A stretch of 64,000 nt of DNA from positions 10,390 to 74,389 of the forward strand of contig JBASHR010000073.1 of NCBI GenBank assembly GCA_049654165.1, in the 5' to 3' direction. Below are positions 38,586-47,176 of this stretch, one piece after another. Made by a program: the position numbers and the translations under genes. The notes beneath the pieces were generated by a model. It ran no database searches and was not told where the DNA came from. It saw only the letters and a list, made by a program, of their open reading frames with translations. Each line of letters starts with the position of its first letter. Positions within the stretch are counted from its first letter, which is position 1. The stretch comes from Bacteroidales bacterium. GTDB lineage: Bacteria > Bacteroidota > Bacteroidia > Bacteroidales > JAAYJT01.

Positions 38586-39626
38586 TCAATCAGGATACTG
38601 AATGGCATTCCTGTCTCCAAGAATATCACGGCGTATAATCGGAAGTTTTAGTAATAATTGCTTCATCTCTTCAATATCAAGCTGATGTGTGTTGTGAGAA
38701 TGATATTCGCCATATTTTGTAACGTCCTTAATGCCTTCACTGAAATACCTTTCGTAGTTAAGATCCCGGTTGTCGGCTGGAATTCTGTAGTAATTACCGA
38801 GATCCTCAGCTTTTACCATGTCTTCACGATTAACCAGTGTTTCGTACAATTTTTCGCCATGCCTGGTGCCAATAATACGAACCGGCAGATTCGTCTTATA
38901 GAGCTGCTGAAGTGCATTTGCCAGAGTTTCTATGGTAACCGCCGGTGCTTTTTGAACGAATATATCACCATTATGTCCGTGTTCAAAAGCATATAATACC
39001 AGGTCAACAGCATCTTCGAGGGTCATCATAAAACGGGTCATATTCGGATCAGTAATGGTTACAGGCTTATTTGCCTTGATTTGTTCAATAAAAAGAGGTA
39101 TTACCGAACCTCTTGATGCCATTACATTTCCATAGCGGGTTCCACAAAAAACGGTTGTGTTTTCATCAAGACTCCTTGATCTGGCTATCATAACTTTTTC
39201 CATTAATGCTTTTGACATTCCCATTGCATTAATAGGATAGGCAGCTTTGTCGGTGCTCAGAACCACTGCTTTTTTCACCTCATGCCTTTCAGCAGCAGCT
39301 AAAACATTGTCAGTGCCAAGGATATTGGTTTTAACAGCTTCAACCGGAAAAAATTCACAGGAAGGTACTTGCTTTAAAGCTGCAGCATGAAAAATAAAGT
39401 CAACTCCCTTAACAACTGTATCCACTGAGCTTTGATTTCGGACATCACCAATATAAAATTTAACTTTCTGATTATTAATGCGTTTGCGCATATCATCCTG
39501 CTTCTTTTCGTCACGCGAGAAAATTCTTATTTCACTGAAGCGTTCATCATTTATAAAACGCTGTAATACAGCATTTCCAAATGAACCTGTTCCTCCGGTA
39601 ATGAGGAGTGTTTTTTTTGCTGACAT
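38586..39626 (-). CDS. fnlA: UDP-GlcNAc 4,6-dehydratase/5-epimerase (FnlA/Cap5E/WbjB type)
   Basis: 346 aa. LITGGTGSFGNAV, RIFSRDEKKQ, AAALKQVP, STDKAAYPINAMGMSKA. Confidence 0.9.
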   Translation of the reverse strand: MSAKKTLLITGGTGSFGNAVLQRFINDERFSEIRIFSRDEKKQDDMRKRINNQKVKFYIGDVRNQSSVDTVVKGVDFIFHAAALKQVPSCEFFPVEAVKTNILGTDNVLAAAERHEVKKAVVLSTDKAAYPINAMGMSKALMEKVMIARSRSLDENTTVFCGTRYGNVMASRGSVIPLFIEQIKANKPVTITDPNMTRFMMTLEDAVDLVLYAFEHGHNGDIFVQKAPAVTIETLANALQQLYKTNLPVRIIGTRHGEKLYETLVNREDMVKAEDLGNYYRIPADNRDLNYERYFSEGIKDVTKYGEYHSHNTHQLDIEEMKQLLLKLPIIRRDILGDRNAIQYPD

Positions 39627-39823
39627 TTATTTGATGTTTTAAATGTGATGTAAGGGATATAGACCTTAACTTTTTGTGTTTATAATGTTAAGCCCTGAGG
39701 TTTGTATTTATTAAATGTCTTGAAAAACTACTCTGTTTCCAGCCTGAATGTTTCCCACAGCTTCGCCTTCTCACTCACATTAAATGAGTAAGAAGTGCCA
39801 GTTACTCAGTATGTTAGCCGGAA

Positions 39824-40402
39824 TTATCCGACGGTTTTTTCCCACAGCAAGAATGCTTCAGGGCTATTCATTAAATAAATGTTTTCTTCTTCAGGTTTAG
39901 CAATTATATATCTTATTTTACGATTTATAAGACCCTCTACTTTGTCAATAAGCTGAGCAAGATAAGTGCGTTCAATACCATCACCAATCAATAATATATC
40001 AATTAACGGACTATCGTTACCTTTTGCAAAAGCTCCTGTAAGATATGCGCTGTTCAACCCACCTATCTGATTTACAACGCGTTCTACAACATGATCAATC
40101 CCCGTATGTTTTAGTAAAAGTTTGTGTATCTCTTCAAAAAGCGGATGATTTGTATTGGCACGGTACATTTTTTTATTACCGTGCATTTCGGATTTAAGCA
40201 TACCGGCTTTTTCAAGATGTATCAATTCCTGACGAATAGCGTTTGTGGATTCGCCAAACTCCGTTTCCATATCCCGAAGCCAGGAACGATTGTTGCTATT
40301 CAGAAAAAACTTCAGCAACAGGTTTATTCGTGTTTTCGATGTAATTAGCGTTTGAAGCACCGCTTGGTTATTTTTGAGTAACAAAAGTACACAAATATTC
40401 AA
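39824..40402 (-). CDS. Winged-helix (ArsR-like) transcriptional regulator fused to a nucleotidyltransferase-like C-terminal domain
   Basis: wHTH segment SWLRDMETEFGESTNAIRQELIHLEKAGML. The C-terminal LTGAFAKGNDSPLIDILLIGD resembles a minimal Pol-beta-type NTase G-x-x-A-x-G...D-x-D loop but is degenerate. The start is uncertain: the track start is TTG, and the -7 box at 40382-40389 suggests the GTG at 40360. Confidence 0.55.
   Translation of the reverse strand: MNICVLLLLKNNQAVLQTLITSKTRINLLLKFFLNSNNRSWLRDMETEFGESTNAIRQELIHLEKAGMLKSEMHGNKKMYRANTNHPLFEEIHKLLLKHTGIDHVVERVVNQIGGLNSAYLTGAFAKGNDSPLIDILLIGDGIERTYLAQLIDKVEGLINRKIRYIIAKPEEENIYLMNSPEAFLLWEKTVG
40382..40389 (-). promoter_or_regulatory. 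Putative -7 box (TACTTTTG on the minus strand) at the head of the polysaccharide locus
   Basis: The plus strand reads CAAAAGTA, the reverse complement of TAnnTTTG. It lies inside the track's TTG-extended N-terminus of the regulator ORF. Confidence 0.3.
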
Positions 40403-40529
40403 ATGTGCAATAAAAGTGAATTTATTTTACGTTTTCTGACCCCACGGTTTGTATTATACTATTTGCATTATCTTATCCGTTTCAATGATGTTAAAATTTA
40501 TCAATATCCGTTTATTATTAAGACTTCTG

Positions 40530-41480
40530 ATGCTCAAAGTAATTAAAGGCTTCTTGAGTATTTTATTAATACTTGTTTTCAATACCCTATACGCTCAGGA
40601 TACTTATAAATATATCTCGAGAGAGGAATATATCAAAATGTATAAACCTCTGGTAATGGAGAAGATGCGCCAATTTAAAATTCCTGCCAGTATTGCAATG
40701 GCACAGGCAATGATAGAATCGGGCAATGGAAACAGTGAATTAGCCAGATATTCAAATAACCATTTCGGCATTAAATGCCATGAATGGACAGGTGAAACGT
40801 TTAATTGGGATGACGATAAAAAACAGGAGTGTTTTCGCAAGTATTCCTCAGTTGAAGAATCGTTTTACGATCATTCTTTATTCCTGACAAGCCGACCCAG
40901 ATATTCCTCATTATTTGAACTCGATATCACGGACTATAAAGGCTGGGCTTTTGGGCTTCAAAAAGCAGGCTATGCCACCAATCCTCAATATCCTCAGTTG
41001 TTGATTAAAATGATTGAGGAAAATCATTTGTATGAAATTGATGAGGAAGTTTTACACGGGGCTGTTGTGGCACAGGCATTTGAAAGCACAACCGAAGTTC
41101 CGGAGAATGAACCTGTAGTTTATACAGAAGTTGGACCCGGACCTTCACATCGGTCATTGTTGTTATTGAATCGGCGTTTGTTCGTATTTTCCCGTGCTGA
41201 TGATACATATTTTAAGATAGCCAATGACTTCAATATTCCTATGACCAGGCTCTGTCACTTTAATGATGTTGAACCGGGTTCGGAATTAACTCAGGGAAAG
41301 CCCGTTTTTATTGAAGCAAAGAGAAGACGTTCAAAAACTGATGTTCATTATGCTCAAACCGGAGAAACCATGCACGACATTGCACAAAACCATGGGATAA
41401 GGCTTAAAAATCTTTACCGGATGAACAACATGATACAGGGTGAAGAACCCAGGGCTGGACAAAAGCTAAGACTCAGATAA
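40530..41480 (+). CDS. Secreted peptidoglycan hydrolase: mannosyl-glycoprotein endo-beta-N-acetylglucosaminidase domain plus C-terminal LysM repeats
   Basis: Glucosaminidase motif IPASIAMAQAMIESGNGNSELARYSNNHFGIKC and two LysM-like repeats at the C-terminus. I chose the start at the ATG giving signal peptide MLKVIKGFLSILLILVFNTLYAQD. The track ORF opens with TTG at 40449. Confidence 0.8.
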   Translation: MLKVIKGFLSILLILVFNTLYAQDTYKYISREEYIKMYKPLVMEKMRQFKIPASIAMAQAMIESGNGNSELARYSNNHFGIKCHEWTGETFNWDDDKKQECFRKYSSVEESFYDHSLFLTSRPRYSSLFELDITDYKGWAFGLQKAGYATNPQYPQLLIKMIEENHLYEIDEEVLHGAVVAQAFESTTEVPENEPVVYTEVGPGPSHRSLLLLNRRLFVFSRADDTYFKIANDFNIPMTRLCHFNDVEPGSELTQGKPVFIEAKRRRSKTDVHYAQTGETMHDIAQNHGIRLKNLYRMNNMIQGEEPRAGQKLRLR

Positions 41481-41656
41481 TAGTCTGTTGTACAGCTTAT
41501 TAGTAGTATTCCCTTGAGCTTAAGATTGAAATTTGATTCAGTTCCGGTATTTATTTTAGATTAGCCGTAAATATTCTTTTGTCTCGTTAATAAAACCCTA
41601 AAAGGCTTAATTCCAATAATGTAAAAAATGCTGACTCAGCTAAAAATATGGAGGTT

Positions 41657-42283
41657 TTACGGAGCTAATCTTTCTCTTATCCATTCCCCATCATCAAGGC
41701 GATATTGTATCCGATCGTGTAGGCGATGTTCACGCCCCTGCCAGAATTCAAATAATTTAGGATATAATTTATAGCCTCCCCAGTATTCGGGGCGCTTAAA
41801 TTGTTGGGTTTCAGAGTCTAAAAGGTTCTTAAATTCATCTTCAAGCGATTCTCTGCTTTCAATTATTTCACTTTGTTTTGAAACAATACTGCCTGCCTGA
41901 CTTTCACGGGTCCGGCTATGAAAATAATCATCAGATGTGGCTTTATTGGTTTTTTCTATTATGCCTTCAATCCTTATTTGACGCTCAAGCGCTTCCCAGA
42001 AAAATAATAGGGCAGCCTGATTGTTTTCTGATATTTGCTTTGCTTTACGGCTATTGTAATTAGTGAAGAATATGAAGCCATCATTCTCAATCTCTTTAAG
42101 CAAAACAATTCTTATTGTGGGCATTCCGTTAATGCCTGCTGTTGCAAGTGCCATGGCGTTTGGTTCTGAAATATTAAAACCGGCTGCTTCCTGAAACCAT
42201 TTATTGAACTGATCGAAAGGATTTGCATAAGTATCTGATTCAGAAAGCGAAAACCGCTTGAATTCTTTTCTGAACTGTTTCAT
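41657..42283 (-). CDS. pdxH: Pyridoxamine 5'-phosphate oxidase
   Basis: 208 aa. PTIRIVLLK and the C-terminal FEFWQGREHRLHDRIQY signature. Confidence 0.9.
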   Translation of the reverse strand: MKQFRKEFKRFSLSESDTYANPFDQFNKWFQEAAGFNISEPNAMALATAGINGMPTIRIVLLKEIENDGFIFFTNYNSRKAKQISENNQAALLFFWEALERQIRIEGIIEKTNKATSDDYFHSRTRESQAGSIVSKQSEIIESRESLEDEFKNLLDSETQQFKRPEYWGGYKLYPKLFEFWQGREHRLHDRIQYRLDDGEWIRERLAP

Positions 42284-42385
42284 AAAACTTATAATTTGGA
42301 TGTATAAATAATTATAGAGCCTGAATCTTCACTGGAAGTCTGCCTCCTAAAACAACAAGACATATATTAAAATGTTGAGTTTCAA

Positions 42386-42430
42386 TAATAAAAAGAAGCT
42401 GTCCCGGCATTATACTGAGACAGCTTCTTT
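42386..42430 (-). terminator. Intrinsic terminator of the thrS-infC-rpmI-rplT operon
   Basis: On the minus strand: a 12-bp stem AAAGAAGCTGTC/GACAGCTTCTTT with a 15-nt loop, followed by TTTTTATTATT, about 20 nt after the rplT stop. Confidence 0.65.
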
Positions 42431-42449
42431 TCATCTATTGGGAGAGAGT

Positions 42450-42797
42450 TTATTGTTTAACTTGTTCCACAATACTTTTGAATGCTTCGGGATTATTCAT
42501 AGCTAAATCAGCTAATACTTTACGGTTTAGATCAATATTATTCTTTTTCAGATAACCCATGAATTCCGAATAGCTCATTCCATATTCGCGAACGGCAGCA
42601 TTGATACGGCTGATCCATAAACCGCGGAATGATCTTTTCTTGTTACGTCTGTCGCGATAAGCGTACAACAATCCTTTCTCAAGAGAGTTTTTTGCAACGG
42701 TGATCGCATTTTTCCGACGACCAAACTGTCCTTTTGTTTGTTTAAGAATTTTTTTTCTACGTGCCTTTGAGGCAACTTTATTGACTGATCTTGGCAT
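42450..42797 (-). CDS. rplT: 50S ribosomal protein L20
   Basis: 115 aa. [23 protein letters not shown]...YRDRRNKKR. Confidence 0.95.
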   Translation of the reverse strand: MPRSVNKVASKARRKKILKQTKGQFGRRKNAITVAKNSLEKGLLYAYRDRRNKKRSFRGLWISRINAAVREYGMSYSEFMGYLKKNNIDLNRKVLADLAMNNPEAFKSIVEQVKQ

Positions 42798-42870
42798 TTT
42801 TTAAATTTTTCACTTGAGCGCCTCTTTTTTAACAGAGAACTTTAATGGCTACAAGTAAGTTAAACATAAA

Positions 42871-43068
42871 TTAATTATTACTAAGCATGAGTTTTACATT
42901 CTTCTCATCTGCCGGATGAACAGTTGCCGAGTAAGTAAGATTTCTCTTACGTTTAGTCGACTTTTTGGTCAGAATATGACTTTTGTAAGCATGCTTTCTC
43001 TTTACTTTACCGCTACCTGTCAGGGTAAACCTTTTTTTAGCAGCGGATTTTGTCTTCATTTTTGGCAT
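42871..43068 (-). CDS. rpmI: 50S ribosomal protein L35
   Basis: 65 aa. [22 protein letters not shown]. Confidence 0.95.
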   Translation of the reverse strand: MPKMKTKSAAKKRFTLTGSGKVKRKHAYKSHILTKKSTKRKRNLTYSATVHPADEKNVKLMLSNN

Positions 43069-43117
43069 TACAAATCAATTATTAGGTTTAGTTAAACATT
43101 AATATTGTTAAAAAGTT

Positions 43118-43678
43118 CTATTTTTTTGGAGTAATAATCATAAACATTCGTTTTCCTTCGAGTCTGGGCAATTGTTCAACTTTTCCAACTTCTTCCAGTT
43201 CCTGGGCAAAACGCAACAGTATCAGTTCACCTTTATCTTTATATACTATTGTACGACCCTTAAAAAACACCTCAACCTTAACTTTAGCACCTTCTTTCAG
43301 GAAATTTTCTGCATGTTTCAATTTGAAATTAAAGTCGTGCTCATCGGTATTAGGCCCCATTCGTATTTCTTTTACTATCACCTTAGCCGATTTAGCTTTG
43401 ATCTCTTTTTGTTTCTTTTTCAAGTCGTAAAGAAACTTTCGGTAATCAATTACTTTGCAAACCGGTGGGTTTGCAGTAGGTGATATTTCAACCAGATCAA
43501 GATTCTGACTTCGTGCTATTTCAAGAGCTTCCCGCAGATTAAAAATTCCTTGCTCCACATTGTCTCCAACAACTCTGACAACAGGTGTTGTGATTTCCTG
43601 ATTGATCCTGTGAGGGTCTTCCTGTTTCTTTCTGGGTACGTACCCTCCACCACGAGGGCGCTTAAATGGTGTTGCTAT
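43118..43678 (-). CDS. infC: Translation initiation factor IF-3, probably with a non-canonical ATA start
   Basis: The conserved N-terminal motif RINQEI..VRVVGDN lies upstream of the track's GTG at 43558. The frame is open to the stop at 43712-43714 and has no ATG, GTG or TTG in between. ATA at 43678 is the only AUN codon upstream of the conserved region. Confidence 0.85.
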   Translation of the reverse strand: MATPFKRPRGGGYVPRKKQEDPHRINQEITTPVVRVVGDNVEQGIFNLREALEIARSQNLDLVEISPTANPPVCKVIDYRKFLYDLKKKQKEIKAKSAKVIVKEIRMGPNTDEHDFNFKLKHAENFLKEGAKVKVEVFFKGRTIVYKDKGELILLRFAQELEEVGKVEQLPRLEGKRMFMIITPKK

Positions 43679-43711
43679 AACTTTGTCCTCCGTATTAGTT
43701 AAACATAAATT

Positions 43712-45658
43712 TTATTGATTCATTGCTTTATCAATTTCTTCATTCAGCAAATTAATAAAATCCTGGATACCAAATGTTCCCATATCACCAAAACCATGTT
43801 TACGCACTGATAATGTTTGGGAGCTTTCCTCTTTTTCACCTACAATAACCATGTATGGGATCTTGCTCAATTCGGCATCTCTGATCTTTTTACCGGTCTT
43901 TTCATTCCGGTCATCAATTTGGGCGCGAATATCGGAATTATTCAGAAACTCCAATACTTTTTCAGCATATTCCTGATATTTTTCACTGATAGGCAATATA
44001 ATAACCTGTTCGGGAGCCAGCCATAAGGGGAACCTTCCGGCACAATGTTCAATAAGTACGGCTACAAAACGCTCCATGCTTCCGAAAGGTGCACGATGTA
44101 TCATAACAGGACGGTGCTTTTCGTCATCGCTTCCGGTATATTCCAAATCAAATCTATCCGGAAGATTATAATCTACCTGAATAGTACCTAATTGCCAGCT
44201 TCTTCCAAGTGCATCCTTAACCATGAAGTCCATTTTGGGGCCATAAAAAGCAGCTTCACCATATTTTATAACAGTGTTCTTAAGTCCACGTTCTTCAGCA
44301 ACTTCAATGATTGCCTGTTCAGCTTTTTCCCAGTTTTCAGCAGATCCAATATATTTTTGTGGATTATCAGGATCGCGTAACGAAATTTGTACGGTAAAGT
44401 TTTCAAAATCAAGTGCCTTGAAAATTATCATCACAATATCCATTACACCCTTGAATTCGTCCTTTACCTGATCGGGTCGGCAAAAAATATGTGCATCATC
44501 CTGAGTAAACCCACGGACGCGGGTTAATCCATGCAGCTCCCCGCTTTGTTCATAACGATATACTGTCCCGAATTCTGCCAGACGTATGGGAAGGTCTTTA
44601 TATGACCGGGGTTTGCTTCTGTAAATTTCGCAATGATGAGGGCAGTTCATTGGTTTCAGGAAAAACTCTTCACCAGGAATTGGAGTTTTTATCGGCTGAA
44701 ATGAATCTTCTCCGTATTTATCATAATGCCCTGATGTTTTATAAAGATCAACATGCCCGATATGCGGACTTATAACTTGTTGGTAACCTGCTTTGCGCTG
44801 AACCCTTTTCAGGAACTGCTCAAGTTTATCTCGTAAAATTGCACCCTTTGGAAGCCATAAAGGTAGCCCCTGTCCAACTCTTTGTGAGAAGGTGAATAAT
44901 TCGAGTTCTTTACCCAATTTACGATGATCACGCTTTTTGGCTTCTTCAAGCAATTCAAGATAATCGTTAAGCTCTTTTTGTTTTGGAAATGTGATACCGT
45001 AAATCCTTGTTAATTGTTTTCGGCTAATATCTCCACGCCAGTAAGCGCCTGCAATATTTAGCAATTTCACAGCTTTTATCGGGCTGGTATCCGGAAGGTG
45101 TGGACCGCGGCATAAATCAGTAAAATAACCTGTTTCATAAAAGCTTATGTGTCCGTCTTCCAGTTCGTTTATAAGCTCTATCTTATATTCATCATTCTTA
45201 CGTGTAAAATATTCCAATGCCTCTGCTTTGGAGACTTCACGCCGTTTAAAAGTTTGTTTTTCACGGGCAAGCTCTAGCATTTTCTGCTCTATCTTTTCAA
45301 AATCATCGGATGATATTGAGTAATCCATGAAATCAATATCATAATAAAATCCGTTTTCAATATCAGGGCCTATTCCAAATTTTACACCCGGATAAAGCAG
45401 CTCAATTGCTTCAGCCATCAGATGTGCTGATGAATGCCACATTGTAGCTTTTCCTTCATCATCGTTCCAGGTGAGCAATTGCAAAGTAGCATCAGTATTT
45501 ATTGGAAGTGTTGCATCCTGTACCTCATTGTTTACTTTTGCAGCCAATACATTGCGTGCCAGTCCTTCACTGATAGAGCTGGCAATTTCAAGGGCAGTCA
45601 CCCCCTTAGGAAATTGTTTTACTGAATTATCAGGTAATGTTATGTTTATCGTATTCAT
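43712..45658 (-). CDS. thrS: Threonine--tRNA ligase
   Basis: 648 aa. TGS N-terminal domain, editing-domain motif HSSAHLMA, class II core (FRRE..., [10 protein letters not shown]), anticodon-binding C-terminus. Confidence 0.95.
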   Translation of the reverse strand: MNTINITLPDNSVKQFPKGVTALEIASSISEGLARNVLAAKVNNEVQDATLPINTDATLQLLTWNDDEGKATMWHSSAHLMAEAIELLYPGVKFGIGPDIENGFYYDIDFMDYSISSDDFEKIEQKMLELAREKQTFKRREVSKAEALEYFTRKNDEYKIELINELEDGHISFYETGYFTDLCRGPHLPDTSPIKAVKLLNIAGAYWRGDISRKQLTRIYGITFPKQKELNDYLELLEEAKKRDHRKLGKELELFTFSQRVGQGLPLWLPKGAILRDKLEQFLKRVQRKAGYQQVISPHIGHVDLYKTSGHYDKYGEDSFQPIKTPIPGEEFFLKPMNCPHHCEIYRSKPRSYKDLPIRLAEFGTVYRYEQSGELHGLTRVRGFTQDDAHIFCRPDQVKDEFKGVMDIVMIIFKALDFENFTVQISLRDPDNPQKYIGSAENWEKAEQAIIEVAEERGLKNTVIKYGEAAFYGPKMDFMVKDALGRSWQLGTIQVDYNLPDRFDLEYTGSDDEKHRPVMIHRAPFGSMERFVAVLIEHCAGRFPLWLAPEQVIILPISEKYQEYAEKVLEFLNNSDIRAQIDDRNEKTGKKIRDAELSKIPYMVIVGEKEESSQTLSVRKHGFGDMGTFGIQDFINLLNEEIDKAMNQ

Positions 45659-45683
45659 TAATTGTCTTTTTCAAAAGAATTTG

Positions 45684-45691
45684 CAAAAGTA
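45684..45691 (-). promoter_or_regulatory. Putative proximal -7 box for thrS (TACTTTTG on the minus strand)
   Basis: The plus strand reads CAAAAGTA. It lies about 25 nt upstream of the thrS ATG at 45658. Confidence 0.4.
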
Positions 45692-45772
45692 AACAAAATT
45701 TCTGTGTGCAAATATTTTTACGTACTTCTAATCGCTAATGTGATTTTACGTTTTTTGAAAAAATAAATACTT

Positions 45773-45803
45773 AAAAAGCAAAACCCGCAATGTGTGCGGG
45801 TTT
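45773..45803 (-). terminator. Intrinsic terminator-like hairpin upstream of thrS, stronger in the minus-strand orientation
   Basis: Minus strand: AAAACCCGCA-cacat-TGCGGGTTTT followed by GCTTTTT. On the plus strand the T-tract is interrupted (TTTTGTGTGATG). Confidence 0.6.
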
Positions 45804-45905
45804 TGTGTGATGTTGTTTTAGGAAGGGGGAAGGGAAGGATGGAATGAACTTTGTAACAAAAAAAACTTGTTCGACATCACTCAAACAAATGTTTTTACCA
45901 AAATC
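45775..45905 (-). ncRNA. Candidate small RNA or thrS leader element of about 130 nt (promoter box to terminator) with a CU-rich core
   Basis: It is bounded by the -7 box at 45912-45919 and the terminator at 45773-45803 and contains CCATCCTTCCCTTCCCCCTTCC. No family was recognised; the call is purely structural. Confidence 0.3.
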
Positions 45906-45911
45906 CCAGTA

Positions 45912-45919
45912 CAAATATA
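45912..45919 (-). promoter_or_regulatory. Putative -7 box (TATATTTG on the minus strand) for the candidate sRNA/leader
   Basis: The plus strand reads CAAATATA, the reverse complement of TAnnTTTG. Confidence 0.3.
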
Positions 45920-46037
45920 AAGGTATCAAATCTAAACGTGCAAGCGGATTATGTGAACGTTGATGTTTATTTAATAAACGTATTGTTTAAAGTGGTGAAC
46001 GTGTCTGATTTGATGTTCATAATTAGGGCATTTAGTG

Positions 46038-46045
46038 TATTTTTG
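46038..46045 (+). promoter_or_regulatory. Putative -7 box (TATTTTTG) for the hydE-like/rlmD operon
   Basis: Matches TAnnTTTG and ends 20 nt upstream of the ATG at 46066. Confidence 0.45.
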
Positions 46046-46065
46046 CAAAATAATTATCTTTTAAA

Positions 46066-47166
46066 ATGTTGGAAACTTCTATTGATGCTATTATAAATAA
46101 AGAAATCCTGACAAAAGCAGACCTTGTCAGATTATTAAGTTCTTCAGAAGAAGAGAGTGCTGTTATTTTTAAAAAGGCTGCTGAAGTCAAAGCTAAATAT
46201 GTAGGACGTAAGGTTTATTTTCGTGGATTGATTGAATATTCAAATCGTTGTAAGAAAAATTGTTTTTACTGTGGGGTAAGGGCTGGAAATACGCAAACTG
46301 ACAGATACGAATTAACTGATAATGAAGTAATTGAAGCTGCTAAATTTGCCTGGGAAAATAAATATGCCTCACTTGTCATTCAATCGGGAGAAAGAAATGA
46401 CAAGGCTTTCATAAAAAGGATCGGAGGTTTGTTACAAAGTATTAAACAACTGTCGGAAGGCAAATTAGGAATTACGTTGTCATGTGGTGAGCAAACTGAG
46501 GAAACCTACCGTTACTGGTATGATTGTGGTGCACATCGCTATTTGTTGAGGATTGAAACATCAAGCCGCGAACTTTTTGAAAAATTACATCCGCATAATG
46601 CTTTGCACTGCTACGACCGAAGGCTTGAAGCTTTGTACAGTTTAAGAAAATCAGGATATCAGGTTGGCACGGGAGTAATGATTGGGTTGCCTTTCCAGAC
46701 AATTGAGAACCTTGCTGATGATCTGATGTTTTTTAAAGATTTTGATATTGATATGGTAGGTATGGGACCATATATTGAGCATGAACATACTCCTTTATAT
46801 AAATATAGCGATCAGCTTTTGTCACGAACTGAACGTTTTAATCTCAGTATGAAAATGGTTGCCCTGCTCAGGATTATTATGAAAGATATAAATATAGCAG
46901 CAACTACTGCCATGCAGACCCTTGATCCGCAGGGGCGGGAAAAAGCAATACTGTATGGTGCCAATGTTATTATGCCTAATCTTACACCGCTAAAATATCG
47001 TGAAGATTACATGCTGTACGCTGATAAACCCGGTATTGCTGAAGATCCTGAAGACAGCCGTGTTAATCTCGAATCCAGGATTAAAATGATTGGAGAAACA
47101 ATTGGTTACAATGAATGGGGTGATTCAAAACATTTTGCTGCAAGAAATATAAATCAACCTGATTAA
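46066..47166 (+). CDS. Radical SAM enzyme of the HydE/BioB family (HydE-like)
   Basis: 366 aa. The CKKNCFYCGVRAGN cluster motif closely resembles the HydE CxxxCxxC context, and the body is a BioB-like TIM barrel. Confidence 0.7.
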   Translation: MLETSIDAIINKEILTKADLVRLLSSSEEESAVIFKKAAEVKAKYVGRKVYFRGLIEYSNRCKKNCFYCGVRAGNTQTDRYELTDNEVIEAAKFAWENKYASLVIQSGERNDKAFIKRIGGLLQSIKQLSEGKLGITLSCGEQTEETYRYWYDCGAHRYLLRIETSSRELFEKLHPHNALHCYDRRLEALYSLRKSGYQVGTGVMIGLPFQTIENLADDLMFFKDFDIDMVGMGPYIEHEHTPLYKYSDQLLSRTERFNLSMKMVALLRIIMKDINIAATTAMQTLDPQGREKAILYGANVIMPNLTPLKYREDYMLYADKPGIAEDPEDSRVNLESRIKMIGETIGYNEWGDSKHFAARNINQPD

Positions 47167-47176
47167 AACCCGTGAG

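Noticed and set aside
14547-40402. Search for a PEP-CTERM-type exosortase substrate among the island proteins.
   Set aside because: None of the translated C-termini in this window shows a short conserved motif followed by a TM helix and a basic tail. The substrate, if any, must be encoded elsewhere.
39824-40402. MNT/HEPN-type toxin-antitoxin module suggested by the NTase-like domain.
   Set aside because: There is no adjacent HEPN partner, the putative active-site D-x-D is degenerate, and the domain is fused to a wHTH at the head of a biosynthetic operon.
45773-45803. Hairpin interpreted as a plus-strand terminator.
   Set aside because: No plus-strand gene ends upstream of it, since thrS is on the minus strand. 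The plus-strand T-tract is interrupted, and the minus-strand orientation has the better U-tract.
45818-45877. 19-codon minus-strand ORF (MSNKFFLLQSSFHPSLPPS) as a Thr-sensing leader peptide.
   Set aside because: It contains no Thr codons and no obvious ribosome-binding context. It is mentioned only within the sRNA/leader finding.
45659-46065. T-box riboswitch or tRNA-Thr-mimic operator upstream of thrS.
   Set aside because: No T-box consensus, specifier-loop architecture or anticodon-arm mimic could be recognised by eye. Only a generic promoter-hairpin unit is supportable.
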